64,000 bases of DNA from Bacteriovoracia bacterium (GCA_050251055.1 JBFWNL010000003.1:32001-96000); one strand, 5' to 3'; shown: positions 11,500 to 21,303, counted from the stretch's first letter. Translations and numbers: made by a program. Notes: generated from the letters alone by a model not told the origin.

Positions 11500-14042
11500 A
11501 AAAACTACCGAACTTCGATTGTTTTTCGTGGCGCTTGCTCGCGCTCGCCTTGGCGTTAGGCCAACCCGGAACCGCTGCCCACGCCGACGTATATTTCCGC
11601 ATCGGTCAATCCGGGCTGCAAAAAGTGCTGGAAGAGGAATTCGCGGCCCGAATCAACGGCTCGATTCCGCCCGAGTTATCGTGGCTCCATGTCGAGAAGC
11701 AGAATCATGACTTCCTTGTTTGCGGAAACGCGAATCGACTAGATGTCACGGTGCCAAAGTCTACGCCTACCGCCGGTCCGGTCACCTCCGCTTCGACGCC
11801 GGGAGCCGCCGCGTCCGTCCAGGCCGTTCGACTCCCACAACCTGCCGGCACGAGCCTCAGCTACGAAACCACCGAAAAAGGCATCCGTTTACGCTTCGTG
11901 CCGAGCGAAGTCGATCTAAACATCCACGAGCTCAACGCCAAGATCGAGAAAATGACCGTTCAGCAGGGGGACAACACGATCACGCTGAACAACAAAACCG
12001 CCCGCGTACGCGACCTGCGTATCCACGGCAACGACCCCGCCCATCCGCCGGTGGAGATTTCCTTCGAACTCGTGAAGGGCGCCGACGGCCTCTTCACGCT
12101 CGCGAGCTCCGACGTGAAGGTAAACCCCGCGTCCCTTACCTTAGAGAAAGGCGCGCTAGAAGTGAATGGCCGGCTGCCGGGGCTTTCTGGCGCCGAATGG
12201 GATACGGCGGTCGCTGACTTGGCTTGGCGGCAGGTCCTGGCGAACCGGGAAATGATCGCCCGGCGTTACGTCGAGGAAAAGAAAGCAGAACTCCAAAGCC
12301 AGGTACAGGCACTCGTGACGGAAAAACTGAATCCTCCTCTCCTGCAAGCGTATAACCAGTCGGTTTCCGAAGAAATCCAGCTAATGCTGCGGCAAATCGA
12401 ATTCGTGCAAAACGGCGTCAACGGCGCGCTTTACTCGCCGGAGAACTGTTTCGCGCTTTATCCAGGACCTTCGAGCGTAGAAGAAGTCACCACGGCGCGG
12501 GATCTGGCGCTCTTGCTTCCCCCGGACGAGCTCAATCACCGAATCCGCGAGCAGCTCCAAAAAGGCACGTCGTTCGAGCTCAAGCGTGGGCGCTTCCAAC
12601 TGGAAGACCTGAGCTACGTCTTCCCCAAGGACGGAAGGTACTATCTAGACGTCAAGGGCACGTATGAAACAGATGAGATCCAGGCACGCACGGGCGTGCG
12701 GGTGACCTCGGCCCAAACTACCGCCCACCTCGAAGTAGTGCCGAAGATCGAAAATGGCCAGATTAAGCTCTATCTTTATGAAGCGCCCGGCGCCGAGTTT
12801 GCGGCGCAGGTGCCCCTAAACGGACGTCCGAGCGAAGGCATCGGCGCGCGCTACCAGGTGACGGGCCGCACTCCCGACGGCCGGAGTACCGGGCGCGTTA
12901 CTTTAGACGACGGAACGGAATGGGTCATCGGCCGTGCTTTCTTTGAAACCGGCTTCGTCAAACTCGACCGCCCGGATGGCACCGAAGAAACCCTCACCGG
13001 CCAGCAGTACTTGGAGCGTAAAATCGGCAGTAAAATGAACAAGCAGGTATACGTGGTACGACCGCCTTCCATGCGCGCGCGCGCGGATGGGACTTTCGCC
13101 GTGAGCCTCGAGCTGGAATTGCAAGTGAAGGACTTCAAAGATGCCGAGATGATCGGAAAAAGCTTCGAGGTTTGGCAGCCGACCGATCTGGACCAGGTGG
13201 AGCGCGATAACGCGCGTTCGCGACTGCAATCCCTCTACATGCAGCGCGCCTTGGACGAGTCCGGCTATGACCCGGACAGCCGTTCGCGATCCGGGCTCAG
13301 TAAATACTACCAGAAAATAAAAGACATCCCCGCCGCGGGCCCGGTTACCGATGAGGAAAAACGATTGCATGCGATCGCCACGCGGGCACCGAATCCACGC
13401 CTCTCAAACAAACCGGGCGAGGGACGCTGGGTGCCGAAAACCACCTTTAATGTACAGATGGATCTACGAATGCAGCCCGTGTGGCGGAACGGGCGCTGGG
13501 AATTCGTCTACCAGAAAGTAGCGTCTGCGACTCTCACCGGCCTAGGGGAAAACACCAAACAGCGACGGACTCCCGGCTTTAAGACTTCGCTCGATCGTAA
13601 TCATGCCTGGCTCACGGACGGCATATTGGGCAAGGGACTGAACAGCACCCTTTTGGCCGAGAACGCCAAGATCGCCGGCACGATCGATCAAGAAATCCGT
13701 GGCACGACCAAAGGCGCGATTGTGCTTTTTGATGTTGACCCGAACGATCCGCCGATCCGCAAGACCATCCTGGAAGGCCAAGAGCTGGTACGCGAGTATA
13801 TGGGACGCGACTCCGATATCTCCCGCATGGGCATCGACGGAAACGGGCAGATTTACGTGGATCTCGCGATGACGGCGGCCCCCCCGGGCACCCAAACTCC
13901 GGCGATTCCGCCCATCGACATCCAGGGCAAATTTAACGACGCGATCCGCTCGCGCCTGCCGAGCGGCCTGCAATGGCACCCCGATACCTTGGGTATCGAC
14001 GCGGACGGATCACTCCGCGTGGAAGGTGATTTTTCCAAATAG
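11496..14042 (+). CDS. Large secreted hypothetical protein, possible BPI/LBP (TULIP) fold
   Basis: Signal peptide ending AHA; DVYFRIGQSGLQKVL and DLALLLPPDELNHRI; ATGA-coupled to the upstream gene. Confidence 0.65.
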   Translation: MKKLPNFDCFSWRLLALALALGQPGTAAHADVYFRIGQSGLQKVLEEEFAARINGSIPPELSWLHVEKQNHDFLVCGNANRLDVTVPKSTPTAGPVTSASTPGAAASVQAVRLPQPAGTSLSYETTEKGIRLRFVPSEVDLNIHELNAKIEKMTVQQGDNTITLNNKTARVRDLRIHGNDPAHPPVEISFELVKGADGLFTLASSDVKVNPASLTLEKGALEVNGRLPGLSGAEWDTAVADLAWRQVLANREMIARRYVEEKKAELQSQVQALVTEKLNPPLLQAYNQSVSEEIQLMLRQIEFVQNGVNGALYSPENCFALYPGPSSVEEVTTARDLALLLPPDELNHRIREQLQKGTSFELKRGRFQLEDLSYVFPKDGRYYLDVKGTYETDEIQARTGVRVTSAQTTAHLEVVPKIENGQIKLYLYEAPGAEFAAQVPLNGRPSEGIGARYQVTGRTPDGRSTGRVTLDDGTEWVIGRAFFETGFVKLDRPDGTEETLTGQQYLERKIGSKMNKQVYVVRPPSMRARADGTFAVSLELELQVKDFKDAEMIGKSFEVWQPTDLDQVERDNARSRLQSLYMQRALDESGYDPDSRSRSGLSKYYQKIKDIPAAGPVTDEEKRLHAIATRAPNPRLSNKPGEGRWVPKTTFNVQMDLRMQPVWRNGRWEFVYQKVASATLTGLGENTKQRRTPGFKTSLDRNHAWLTDGILGKGLNSTLLAENAKIAGTIDQEIRGTTKGAIVLFDVDPNDPPIRKTILEGQELVREYMGRDSDISRMGIDGNGQIYVDLAMTAAPPGTQTPAIPPIDIQGKFNDAIRSRLPSGLQWHPDTLGIDADGSLRVEGDFSK

Positions 14043-14077
14043 TCCGCCGCGCGCATCGAGCCCCTCTGAGCTTACGC

Positions 14078-14902
14078 TCAATTTTCTGAGGAAGTGCGTT
14101 CCACCTCGGCCAAAGGCGCCGGGGCCGGCGAAGTCGGCGCGTTTTCCCACGGGGATAGCTTCAATGGGTAAATGAGCTTAATTCCCCGCTTCGTCTCCAA
14201 ATCTAGTTCGTCCGACCACATTCCTTTTTTGTAATTCGTATCGATCACCAGCGCATTGAAATCCGCGCCATCCCGGCTTAACTCATAATGTCCTAGCGAT
14301 CCGCCGTTTGGCTCGGAAGGGTGAAACGCCAGATCAAACGCCCACCGCTCCCAGTTCAACGCGTAATACCGGTACTCAAGTCGGAGGGACTGTTTCTCCA
14401 TGCCGGGAAAAAACTGTAACTCCTTGGCCGGGCGGCCGGCCGGTTGGATGAAAATCACGTGGTATCCGCCCGTTTCGTAGATACAGGCTCCATCACCGTG
14501 CGCTAAACTCGCCACCGGCCAATGGTCACCCGACGCAGGCTCGATCTCCGGTGCCGGCGGCGCTCCCTCCCCTTTCACCGGCGCTCGGAAAGTTTTCTTG
14601 CGGATTCCGATCATCCGGCCCTCGGCGTCAACCACGCCCACGATCTGCATGAAAAGATCGTCCGCGTAAAAATATTCGTAACGAGTGGGCTTCTCGGTCC
14701 CCGGCAACGCACGCAAGTTGCGCACGAAGGTATAGGTGAGATGCACTTCATCCGCGCCCAACGGCTTTAGCCAGGATCGGTAAAGCGCGAGCTGGCTTTC
14801 GCCGGGAGCAGTCGGCGGCGCGTCCGCCAACTCCGCGCCCGAAGCACTTCCCAGACACAAAAAGACCGCAAGCCAAAGAAAACGACAAATCCCCAAAAAC
14901 AC
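14078..14902 (-). CDS. Secreted hypothetical protein
   Basis: 274-aa ORF with signal-peptide-like N-terminus; no family recognised. Confidence 0.6.
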   Translation of the reverse strand: MFLGICRFLWLAVFLCLGSASGAELADAPPTAPGESQLALYRSWLKPLGADEVHLTYTFVRNLRALPGTEKPTRYEYFYADDLFMQIVGVVDAEGRMIGIRKKTFRAPVKGEGAPPAPEIEPASGDHWPVASLAHGDGACIYETGGYHVIFIQPAGRPAKELQFFPGMEKQSLRLEYRYYALNWERWAFDLAFHPSEPNGGSLGHYELSRDGADFNALVIDTNYKKGMWSDELDLETKRGIKLIYPLKLSPWENAPTSPAPAPLAEVERTSSEN

Positions 14903-15021
14903 CGATGCGCCCTCAAATTCTAACCCGAAGCAAACTCTCGCCGCTTAATTAGTGCAGCGCATCAGCAATAGCAATGAGGGGGAATTATTTTTTTAAATAA
15001 TTGAAATTATTAAACTTTAAA

Positions 15022-15771
15022 TCAAGAACACAGTTGGGTTAGCACTCCCTGATCCTTCAAGGAAAGCCCGACGAAACGAACGGCGAACCCACCTGGGTAC
15101 TTTCCATTCGGCTCCGCCTTGCGCACCACTTCGGCCGCGCACTGAATCGTGCGCAGCTGATCGAGCGCTAATCTGACCGAGCACCGTGAACCCACCTGGA
15201 TTTGGCCCAACGAAACCTGCCGGCGATTCTCGTCGACACCTTCCTCGAACGCGAAGAATGCTCCGCTCTTGGAGACGTCGTACGTGCGGGTGTTGATGCT
15301 GGGACCGGTGACTTGCCGGACATGCGCGGCCACCGCTAGCAGCTTACGCGGCGAAATCCGCCACCAGCGAAGCGTCGGTTCGAGTAACGCCAGCCCCGCG
15401 TCCCGCAAAAAGAGCGCGCACACCGAGAGCGCGGCGAGCAGCGTCGAGATAAACGCCCATAGCCAGCGGGGATCCTCGGCGGGATCGGAAGTGAGCGCGA
15501 AGTACTCGCTCACCAGCCAATTGTTCCACCCCACGACGAACACGAAAAGCGGGCCGGCGTACTTCAAAGCCGGCGACGCGTGATAAGCGAGCAAAGCATT
15601 TGCGAACGAAACACTCATCACGATCCAATTCATGGGCGTCAGCTTGGCGAGGATCTCAGTGAGCTCAGTGGGTGGGTGCCCGAAGGCGAGCATCACCTGC
15701 AATGGCAGGCTCAGCCCCACGGCCGCGAACACGGCCGACATGAACAAGAATATTTTAGGCTTCCGTTTCAT
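15022..15771 (-). CDS. Membrane protein with C-terminal PilZ domain
   Basis: About four TM helices, then RWWRISPR (RxxxR) and DVSKSG (DxSxxG) c-di-GMP-binding motifs. Confidence 0.85.
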   Translation of the reverse strand: MKRKPKIFLFMSAVFAAVGLSLPLQVMLAFGHPPTELTEILAKLTPMNWIVMSVSFANALLAYHASPALKYAGPLFVFVVGWNNWLVSEYFALTSDPAEDPRWLWAFISTLLAALSVCALFLRDAGLALLEPTLRWWRISPRKLLAVAAHVRQVTGPSINTRTYDVSKSGAFFAFEEGVDENRRQVSLGQIQVGSRCSVRLALDQLRTIQCAAEVVRKAEPNGKYPGGFAVRFVGLSLKDQGVLTQLCS

Positions 15772-15818
15772 AAATTTCTCGCTCGAGTTTCAGGTTTGAA
15801 AACCGGCTCGCCGCCGGA

Positions 15819-16955
15819 TTAGACTTTGGAGAAGTGGTAGCAGTAACTGACGGTCCGGTTGACGTAGCCGCGAATGCCGCGCATTTCCTGGGTCTTGAGC
15901 CAGCCGCGACCGTGTTTCTTCAGCGAAGCGTACACGCGCGAATAGCCCGCGTTGTAGCTCGCCAGCATGAGCTGCGTGTGCGCCATCTCGGGATCCGGGA
16001 ACGTCTTGCGGATGTAGTCGAGATTTTCCGGCGTAGACCAACGGTCCGCCAGGTAGTGCGCATAAGCGAGCCCGCCTCGCACCGACTTTCGGGTATCCAG
16101 ACGCCACTCGTTCTCGGGGTTCATCTTCTTGAGCATCACGAGCGCCCGCAACCAAGGTACCGGCATCTCGTGGGCCTGCGGGTAGCGTGGAAAGTCCGGG
16201 AACTGGTGGATGACTTCCTGTTCGGCGAGCGTGGTCATCTGCGTGAGGCCAATCGCCTTCGCCCAGCTGATCACCCGCGGATCAAATCCCGACTCTTGAG
16301 CGACGAGCCCCGCCGTGAAAGCGGGGCTGAATCCTTCCTTAACCGACTCTTCCTCAATCATTTTCAAAACGCGTTCACTGGGGGAAAAGTCCGCCGTATT
16401 GGAAACACTATGAAGCCGGAACGCCATGCACTCGGGCTCCTCGAAGCGTGCGTACCCATAGGCGCCGGACTGCCCCTGATAAGTGACTTCAATCAAATTA
16501 TCTTCAGCCGCGGGCAAGCGCACCACCGGCACCGTGAGCAAGATCTTCCGCTCCTCGCCCCGGACCGAGGAAGATGCCTGACGCATCAAGGTTTCGGTCA
16601 CGTCGATTCCGTTATGGAAGATTTTCACGGCGGACACATCGAGATCCCCTCGAGGATCGACAACCTCCAGCTCCATTGGGGAAGGTCCGTGCCACACCTG
16701 CCGCCCGGGCTTTCCAAAGTAGATCTTAGCCTGACTTGCCGGACCGTCTCCCATCGCTACCGTACGGGAACCTCCCACGCCGGCACGCCGATGAATCTGC
16801 TCACGAATATCCTCATTGACCCGGGCCGGAAAAAAGCTCCAAACCGCGCCCAAAGGGGTGCTTGGGCCCGCACACCCGGTGGTCCATCCCACGAATATCA
16901 CGGGAAAAGACGTTAGAAATGATAATTTTTTAATATTATTAATTATCATTAACAA
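15819..16955 (-). CDS. Lytic transglycosylase (SLT domain) protein, probable lipoprotein
   Basis: VAQESGFDP, AIGLTQM, LASYNAG, YVNR motifs; N-terminal TTGC. Confidence 0.85.
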   Translation of the reverse strand: MLMIINNIKKLSFLTSFPVIFVGWTTGCAGPSTPLGAVWSFFPARVNEDIREQIHRRAGVGGSRTVAMGDGPASQAKIYFGKPGRQVWHGPSPMELEVVDPRGDLDVSAVKIFHNGIDVTETLMRQASSSVRGEERKILLTVPVVRLPAAEDNLIEVTYQGQSGAYGYARFEEPECMAFRLHSVSNTADFSPSERVLKMIEEESVKEGFSPAFTAGLVAQESGFDPRVISWAKAIGLTQMTTLAEQEVIHQFPDFPRYPQAHEMPVPWLRALVMLKKMNPENEWRLDTRKSVRGGLAYAHYLADRWSTPENLDYIRKTFPDPEMAHTQLMLASYNAGYSRVYASLKKHGRGWLKTQEMRGIRGYVNRTVSYCYHFSKV

Positions 16956-17011
16956 ACAAGCTTAGAGGGTAGCGACTTCTTTGTCAAGAAGGCCAAAAGC
17001 GGGCCATGGGG

Positions 17012-18211
17012 TCAGACTCGACGCAGCCGCGCCGAAAGATGCAAAAACGCCAGTGCCAACGTCAGGGCGGCCGAAAGCCACATGCCTGATTGATACGTCA
17101 GCCAGTGATTCAGAAGGGCCGCCGCCGCCAAGGTGCCCACGCCCCAGTCAAAAAACTTCCCCACCAAAAGCTCCAACCCCACCACTTCGGGAAACTGCTC
17201 CGGCGTGGCAAGCTTACGCCGCAGGCTCTGGGTGGTCACCGCGTTCACGCCGTTACACAGGCCAGAAATAAACAACACCAACAAGGCCCAGGCGAAGTGC
17301 GGAAGCTCGATCAAGAGAAAGCGCGTCACCGCCAAAACCGCCAAGGCCAGAAACGCGAGCTTCGCGTCGCTCAGGGTGGCGGCCCACCGAGCGGCACGAC
17401 TACGGCCCGCGCGCAGATTCACCGCCGCCACGAGCGAACCCAGACCCGTGAGCGCATAGATGATGGCCGAGTGCTCAACTGGCAAGCCGTAATGGTCGGT
17501 GACCACGGAAAAAAGCAGATAGTTAAAGAGCGAGATCGGAATCCAATAGCCCATCGAACGGATGAGGAAGATCTGCAGCAAGCCCGGATAGCGTCGCAGA
17601 TATCCCAGCGGACGCAAGGAGGACGCACGGACCGTCTCCGCCCGACGATCTCCCCGTAAGCTGGCGCAAAGCGAAGCCGATATCAAAAACGAAGTGCCGT
17701 CCAAAACAAAGATCCATCCCATCGGCACGATCTGCAAGAATCCCAACGCGAAGAGCGGGCCCAAGAACTGCGCACTGTAAAGCCCCTGCAGGATTTCCGC
17801 CTGAAGCGATCGTTGATGCCCGACTTCTCCCAACCCTTGCGAATACGTTTCGCGCGCCATCTCGAAGTACTGCTTCATCGCCGTCGAGAAAAAAACTAAG
17901 CCTAACGCCACCGCCGGAGAAACCGCGTGCCCCATTCCCATGGCGATCGCGAAGAAAAACAGGATGGCAGCCGAAACCAGCTGAGTTCCCACCAAAATCT
18001 GCCGCAGCGAAAGAAAGCGCATCAGATAAGGACCGGTCCAGCCGCCCACGCCGACCGCTAAACTCCGCAACGGCACGCTGTAGGCCGCGATCGCGACGCT
18101 ACCGGATTGCTTATACAGGAACACCACCCACGCGAAGTACGACAGCCAATCCCCGAAGGAGGTGATAAAAGTCGTGAACGAAAGAACTCGATTTTCCTTT
18201 TGCATCGTCAT
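17012..18211 (-). CDS. MFS transporter
   Basis: About 12 hydrophobic segments; FITSFGDWL start typical of H+ antiporter-like MFS exporters. Confidence 0.8.
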   Translation of the reverse strand: MTMQKENRVLSFTTFITSFGDWLSYFAWVVFLYKQSGSVAIAAYSVPLRSLAVGVGGWTGPYLMRFLSLRQILVGTQLVSAAILFFFAIAMGMGHAVSPAVALGLVFFSTAMKQYFEMARETYSQGLGEVGHQRSLQAEILQGLYSAQFLGPLFALGFLQIVPMGWIFVLDGTSFLISASLCASLRGDRRAETVRASSLRPLGYLRRYPGLLQIFLIRSMGYWIPISLFNYLLFSVVTDHYGLPVEHSAIIYALTGLGSLVAAVNLRAGRSRAARWAATLSDAKLAFLALAVLAVTRFLLIELPHFAWALLVLFISGLCNGVNAVTTQSLRRKLATPEQFPEVVGLELLVGKFFDWGVGTLAAAALLNHWLTYQSGMWLSAALTLALAFLHLSARLRRV

Positions 18212-18215
18212 CTCC

Positions 18216-19049
18216 TCATGAACCTTCGTTCAGAATTTCGTGTGATTCGAGCTCCTTGCAAACTCCCACGAACAGCAACGGCACTAGGCGTGGATCCTGG
18301 GACGGGGTCTTCAGCACGACGTGCGACTGCACCCACTGCTTAAGCAGGCGCAGCTGTTCGCGCGCGGCACGGGCGATCTCCGGCTGCACGAGCTGAAAGG
18401 CGTAGGAAATCTCCTGTCGCTCGCTCCCCTCCTTGGACATATAGAGGGTCACCTGATTCAAGATGAACTCGTGAGCCTTGGAAACGATTCGCGGATTCGA
18501 GGAGCCGAACTTTGGCAGCCGGTAGAGCACGCTGCTCGGCCGGATATACTTATCGTCGACCTCGATCAGCTCCAAATCAGCCATCTGGGCGAGCAGTTTC
18601 CTGGAAAGCTTGATTTCCTGCTTCGGCACCCGCTCCACCAGGATCAAACGGCGATAGAATCGCATCGCGTCCGGCGTCTGCGTGAGAAAGTCCAGCTGCG
18701 CTTCACTATAAGAGCGGTGATCACGGGCATCCCATTCGAAACGCCCCTCCTCCAGCGACTGCGTGAGGTTTTTGGCCAGGTACTTCTGCAGCGGCGCCGA
18801 CGAAGCATCGTCCGCCAAATGAGAACTAAAATAAGCCTGAATGAGGACGTGGCGCGAGGCCGCGGGCTCGTGATTGAAGATCGCCGACAGCAATTTCGGC
18901 GTAGGGGCCTGCTTGCCGCTTTCGACATTTTGAAACTGACGGAAGGAAATCCCGAGTTTCTTCTCGCCGCCGTACCACTGGTACAGCTCGCTCACCGATT
19001 GGAAGTTTTGTTTCCCGCGCCTTTCCCGTAAAAATTCAGAGAAATTCAT
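18216..19049 (-). CDS. XRE/Cro-type HTH transcriptional regulator (TIGR02147/DUF4423-like architecture)
   Basis: N-terminal FSEFLRERR...LGISFRQFQNVESGKQAP HTH; ~280-aa size; divergent from the secreted operon. Confidence 0.7.
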   Translation of the reverse strand: MNFSEFLRERRGKQNFQSVSELYQWYGGEKKLGISFRQFQNVESGKQAPTPKLLSAIFNHEPAASRHVLIQAYFSSHLADDASSAPLQKYLAKNLTQSLEEGRFEWDARDHRSYSEAQLDFLTQTPDAMRFYRRLILVERVPKQEIKLSRKLLAQMADLELIEVDDKYIRPSSVLYRLPKFGSSNPRIVSKAHEFILNQVTLYMSKEGSERQEISYAFQLVQPEIARAAREQLRLLKQWVQSHVVLKTPSQDPRLVPLLFVGVCKELESHEILNEGS

Positions 19050-19062
19050 GGCCTACTCCTAC

Positions 19063-19101
19063 TTGGAAATAAAATTTCCAACAAGGAAAATTTATTTCAA
19101 A
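19063..19101. promoter_or_regulatory. Putative operator of the divergent HTH regulator
   Basis: Perfect TTGGAAAT-AAA-ATTTCCAA overlapping a 17-bp inverted repeat (15/17) with 5-bp spacer. Confidence 0.55.
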
Positions 19102-19162
19102 AGGGGGATTGACGAGCGGCTTTTGACTATGGCATCCCCTCTGGCGTGGGGAGATGGAATCA

Positions 19163-19384
19163 ATGAAAAACAAATACGTGTTGGTAGTGGTGCTGCTCGC
19201 ATCGGGATCAGCTTGGGCGAACGGCGGGGATGGAAACCGCGGTAACCCCCGGGACGGCAATCCGGATCGCGCGCGCGCCACGTTCGATGTCTCGAAAGAG
19301 AAAGCCTCGGCCAAGGACTTCGGTCTGATCAAAAACCCGATTTCGGGTAAGTCAGATCGCCGTCTCGGCGCCGAAGGCAACTAA
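19163..19384 (+). CDS. Small secreted peptide
   Basis: MKNKYVLVVVLLASGSAWA signal peptide followed by a 54-aa polar mature part (GDGNRGNPRDGNP); GGAG upstream. Confidence 0.65.
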   Translation: MKNKYVLVVVLLASGSAWANGGDGNRGNPRDGNPDRARATFDVSKEKASAKDFGLIKNPISGKSDRRLGAEGN

Positions 19385-19394
19385 GCAAAAAACC

Positions 19395-19600
19395 GAGGGG
19401 AAACCCTCAAAAATAAAAAGGCCCATGCTCGAAGAACTCTAGGCTGTAACCTAGAGAAAGCACAGGCCGGTATTGCTACCAAGTTCCGTATACCGGATCC
19501 ATCGCACTTCTTCAAGCACTCGAAACGGGAAGACGATTTACCTGCCACATCGGTGGTTTGCGCCTTCGTGTTTCCGGGCCTTCAACTGAAGGAGGAAGAG
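19395..19600 (+). promoter_or_regulatory. Structured intergenic leader with RBS-occluding hairpin
   Basis: Several hairpins (GAGGG-GAAA-CCCTC, CTCTAGG/CCTAGAG, CCGGTAT/ATACCGG) and CCTTC/GAAGG overlapping the AAGGAGGA RBS. Confidence 0.45.
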
Positions 19601-19603
19601 CAG

Positions 19604-21286
19604 ATGAAGTCCGTAATCAATAAAACCCTAGGAAAGACCGTGTCGGGCCTGGTGTCCGTCAGCGTCGCCCTGAGCGCGGCGGCGCCGGCGTGGGCCGTGC
19701 CCACGGCATACCCGCGCCACGCGATCCCGACCGATTTAGTGAATCTCACTAGCTCATCGGCGCTCGCCGATAGCGAGCTGACCAAGCAGTACTACGTCAT
19801 GCCGCCGATGAGCGGCGTGGCTAAGCTGGCAGATCCGAAGGTTCATAGCGCGAATCTAGGATTTTGCGATGAGATGGTGGATCTCCAAGGCATGACCCGC
19901 GAGCTAGCGAAGCGAGTCGGCGAGCTGTCCCTCAAGATGACGGAACAGGGCGAAGAGATCATTAAGCTTAAGGTAAAGGCAGACGCCGCCGAGGCCAAAG
20001 CCGCGCAAAAAGCCGCCGAGAGCGAAGACCTACAGAAGGTGCAGGAACTCGCGAACCGCGTCGACGACATCGAAGACCGACTGACGAAGCTCTACGAAAT
20101 GCAACAAGGCGGATGCGAAGGCGAAGCCTGCGAAAACATCTCGAAGGAAATCGCCGATCTCCAGGCCGAGAAGCGAAACCTGGTGAAAGAGCTCGACGGG
20201 ATCCGGGATGTCATTCGTTCCGATTACAAAGCCTACATGCGGCTGCGAGCCCAGGCGACGGTAGCCCGCAAGGCGGTCAATAACGCCAAGGATACCTACC
20301 TGCAGCTCTCGATCCAGGCCGCCGAAAGCCGCCGGACGATCTTCGATATGTATTCAGATTTCGCCAAGCTGGAAGGGGGCTACGCGAACATCAATTATGA
20401 CTCCGGATTCGAGGAAAACATCGTCGAGCTGCGAAAAATGAACCCCCAGTACCAGTTCACGGCCATCCCGACGGCGGACGCGCGCATCAATGCCGCGCTC
20501 ATCGCGGGCGGCGGCGCCAAGGACTCGTATCTCGCCAGCCTACCGGCGGTCCTCGATTACACGATCGACGGCGTGGCGTACTTGCCCTGGGGCGCGAAGG
20601 AAGACGTTTCGCTTCCCGCGTATCCCAGCAAGGTAACGGCGGGCTTGCGCTTGAGCCTCGTGGGCGCGTGCCCCATCCACAAGCCGAAACTCTTCAAAGT
20701 GGATCGCGACGCGACCGGACTTCCGCTCTTCAGCATCGCCACCACCTACGAGTATCCGGCGGCGTTCCGGCAGCGCGTTTCGTTCAAATACAATCTGTAC
20801 AAGTTCTACAGCATCTTGCACGAGCAAGGTTCGAAGGGGGGATTCTTCTCTTCTTCGAGCTGGAACCGCACGACCGAGAACAACATCGTGCGCGACGGCT
20901 TTGAGATGGATTGGAAGAACGAAGACGGCACCGACACCTTGAAGCTCGAACAAAAACGCGAAATCGAGGCGATCGTGAAAGCCGAACTGCTGGAGCGCGC
21001 GCTCAAGGCATTGGCTTCACCCACCTTCGACACGCCGACCAAGCCCGGTGAGGCGCCGCCGGTTCCGGCGAACGGGGCAATGGTGCTGGCGAAGGGACTG
21101 CAGAAAACCTGCGGTTTCTTCAGCTTCTACTGCGTGGGCGGCTCGTGGCTGCTCAAGGGGCTAAGCGCGATCTTTGGCAGCTCGCGCAGCTCGGCGGAGT
21201 TCAAGCGGACCAACGACATCGTGATTTCCGAAACCTGGAAGTTCGATGAAGTGCACATGAAACCCGGCGTAACCGCCTATCGCTAA
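19604..21286 (+). CDS. Secreted protein with long coiled-coil insert, unknown function
   Basis: AAGGAGGA RBS; signal peptide ending AWA; ~160-aa heptad-rich segment with a central CEGEAC turn; Cys-containing beta-rich C-terminus. Confidence 0.8.
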   Translation: MKSVINKTLGKTVSGLVSVSVALSAAAPAWAVPTAYPRHAIPTDLVNLTSSSALADSELTKQYYVMPPMSGVAKLADPKVHSANLGFCDEMVDLQGMTRELAKRVGELSLKMTEQGEEIIKLKVKADAAEAKAAQKAAESEDLQKVQELANRVDDIEDRLTKLYEMQQGGCEGEACENISKEIADLQAEKRNLVKELDGIRDVIRSDYKAYMRLRAQATVARKAVNNAKDTYLQLSIQAAESRRTIFDMYSDFAKLEGGYANINYDSGFEENIVELRKMNPQYQFTAIPTADARINAALIAGGGAKDSYLASLPAVLDYTIDGVAYLPWGAKEDVSLPAYPSKVTAGLRLSLVGACPIHKPKLFKVDRDATGLPLFSIATTYEYPAAFRQRVSFKYNLYKFYSILHEQGSKGGFFSSSSWNRTTENNIVRDGFEMDWKNEDGTDTLKLEQKREIEAIVKAELLERALKALASPTFDTPTKPGEAPPVPANGAMVLAKGLQKTCGFFSFYCVGGSWLLKGLSAIFGSSRSSAEFKRTNDIVISETWKFDEVHMKPGVTAYR

Positions 21287-21303
21287 TCGGAAGGAGCCTA
21301 ACC

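Noticed and set aside
14980-15021. Short very AT-rich tract as a possible mobile-element scar
   Set aside because: No flanking repeats; most simply the promoter/UP region of the 14078-14902 gene.
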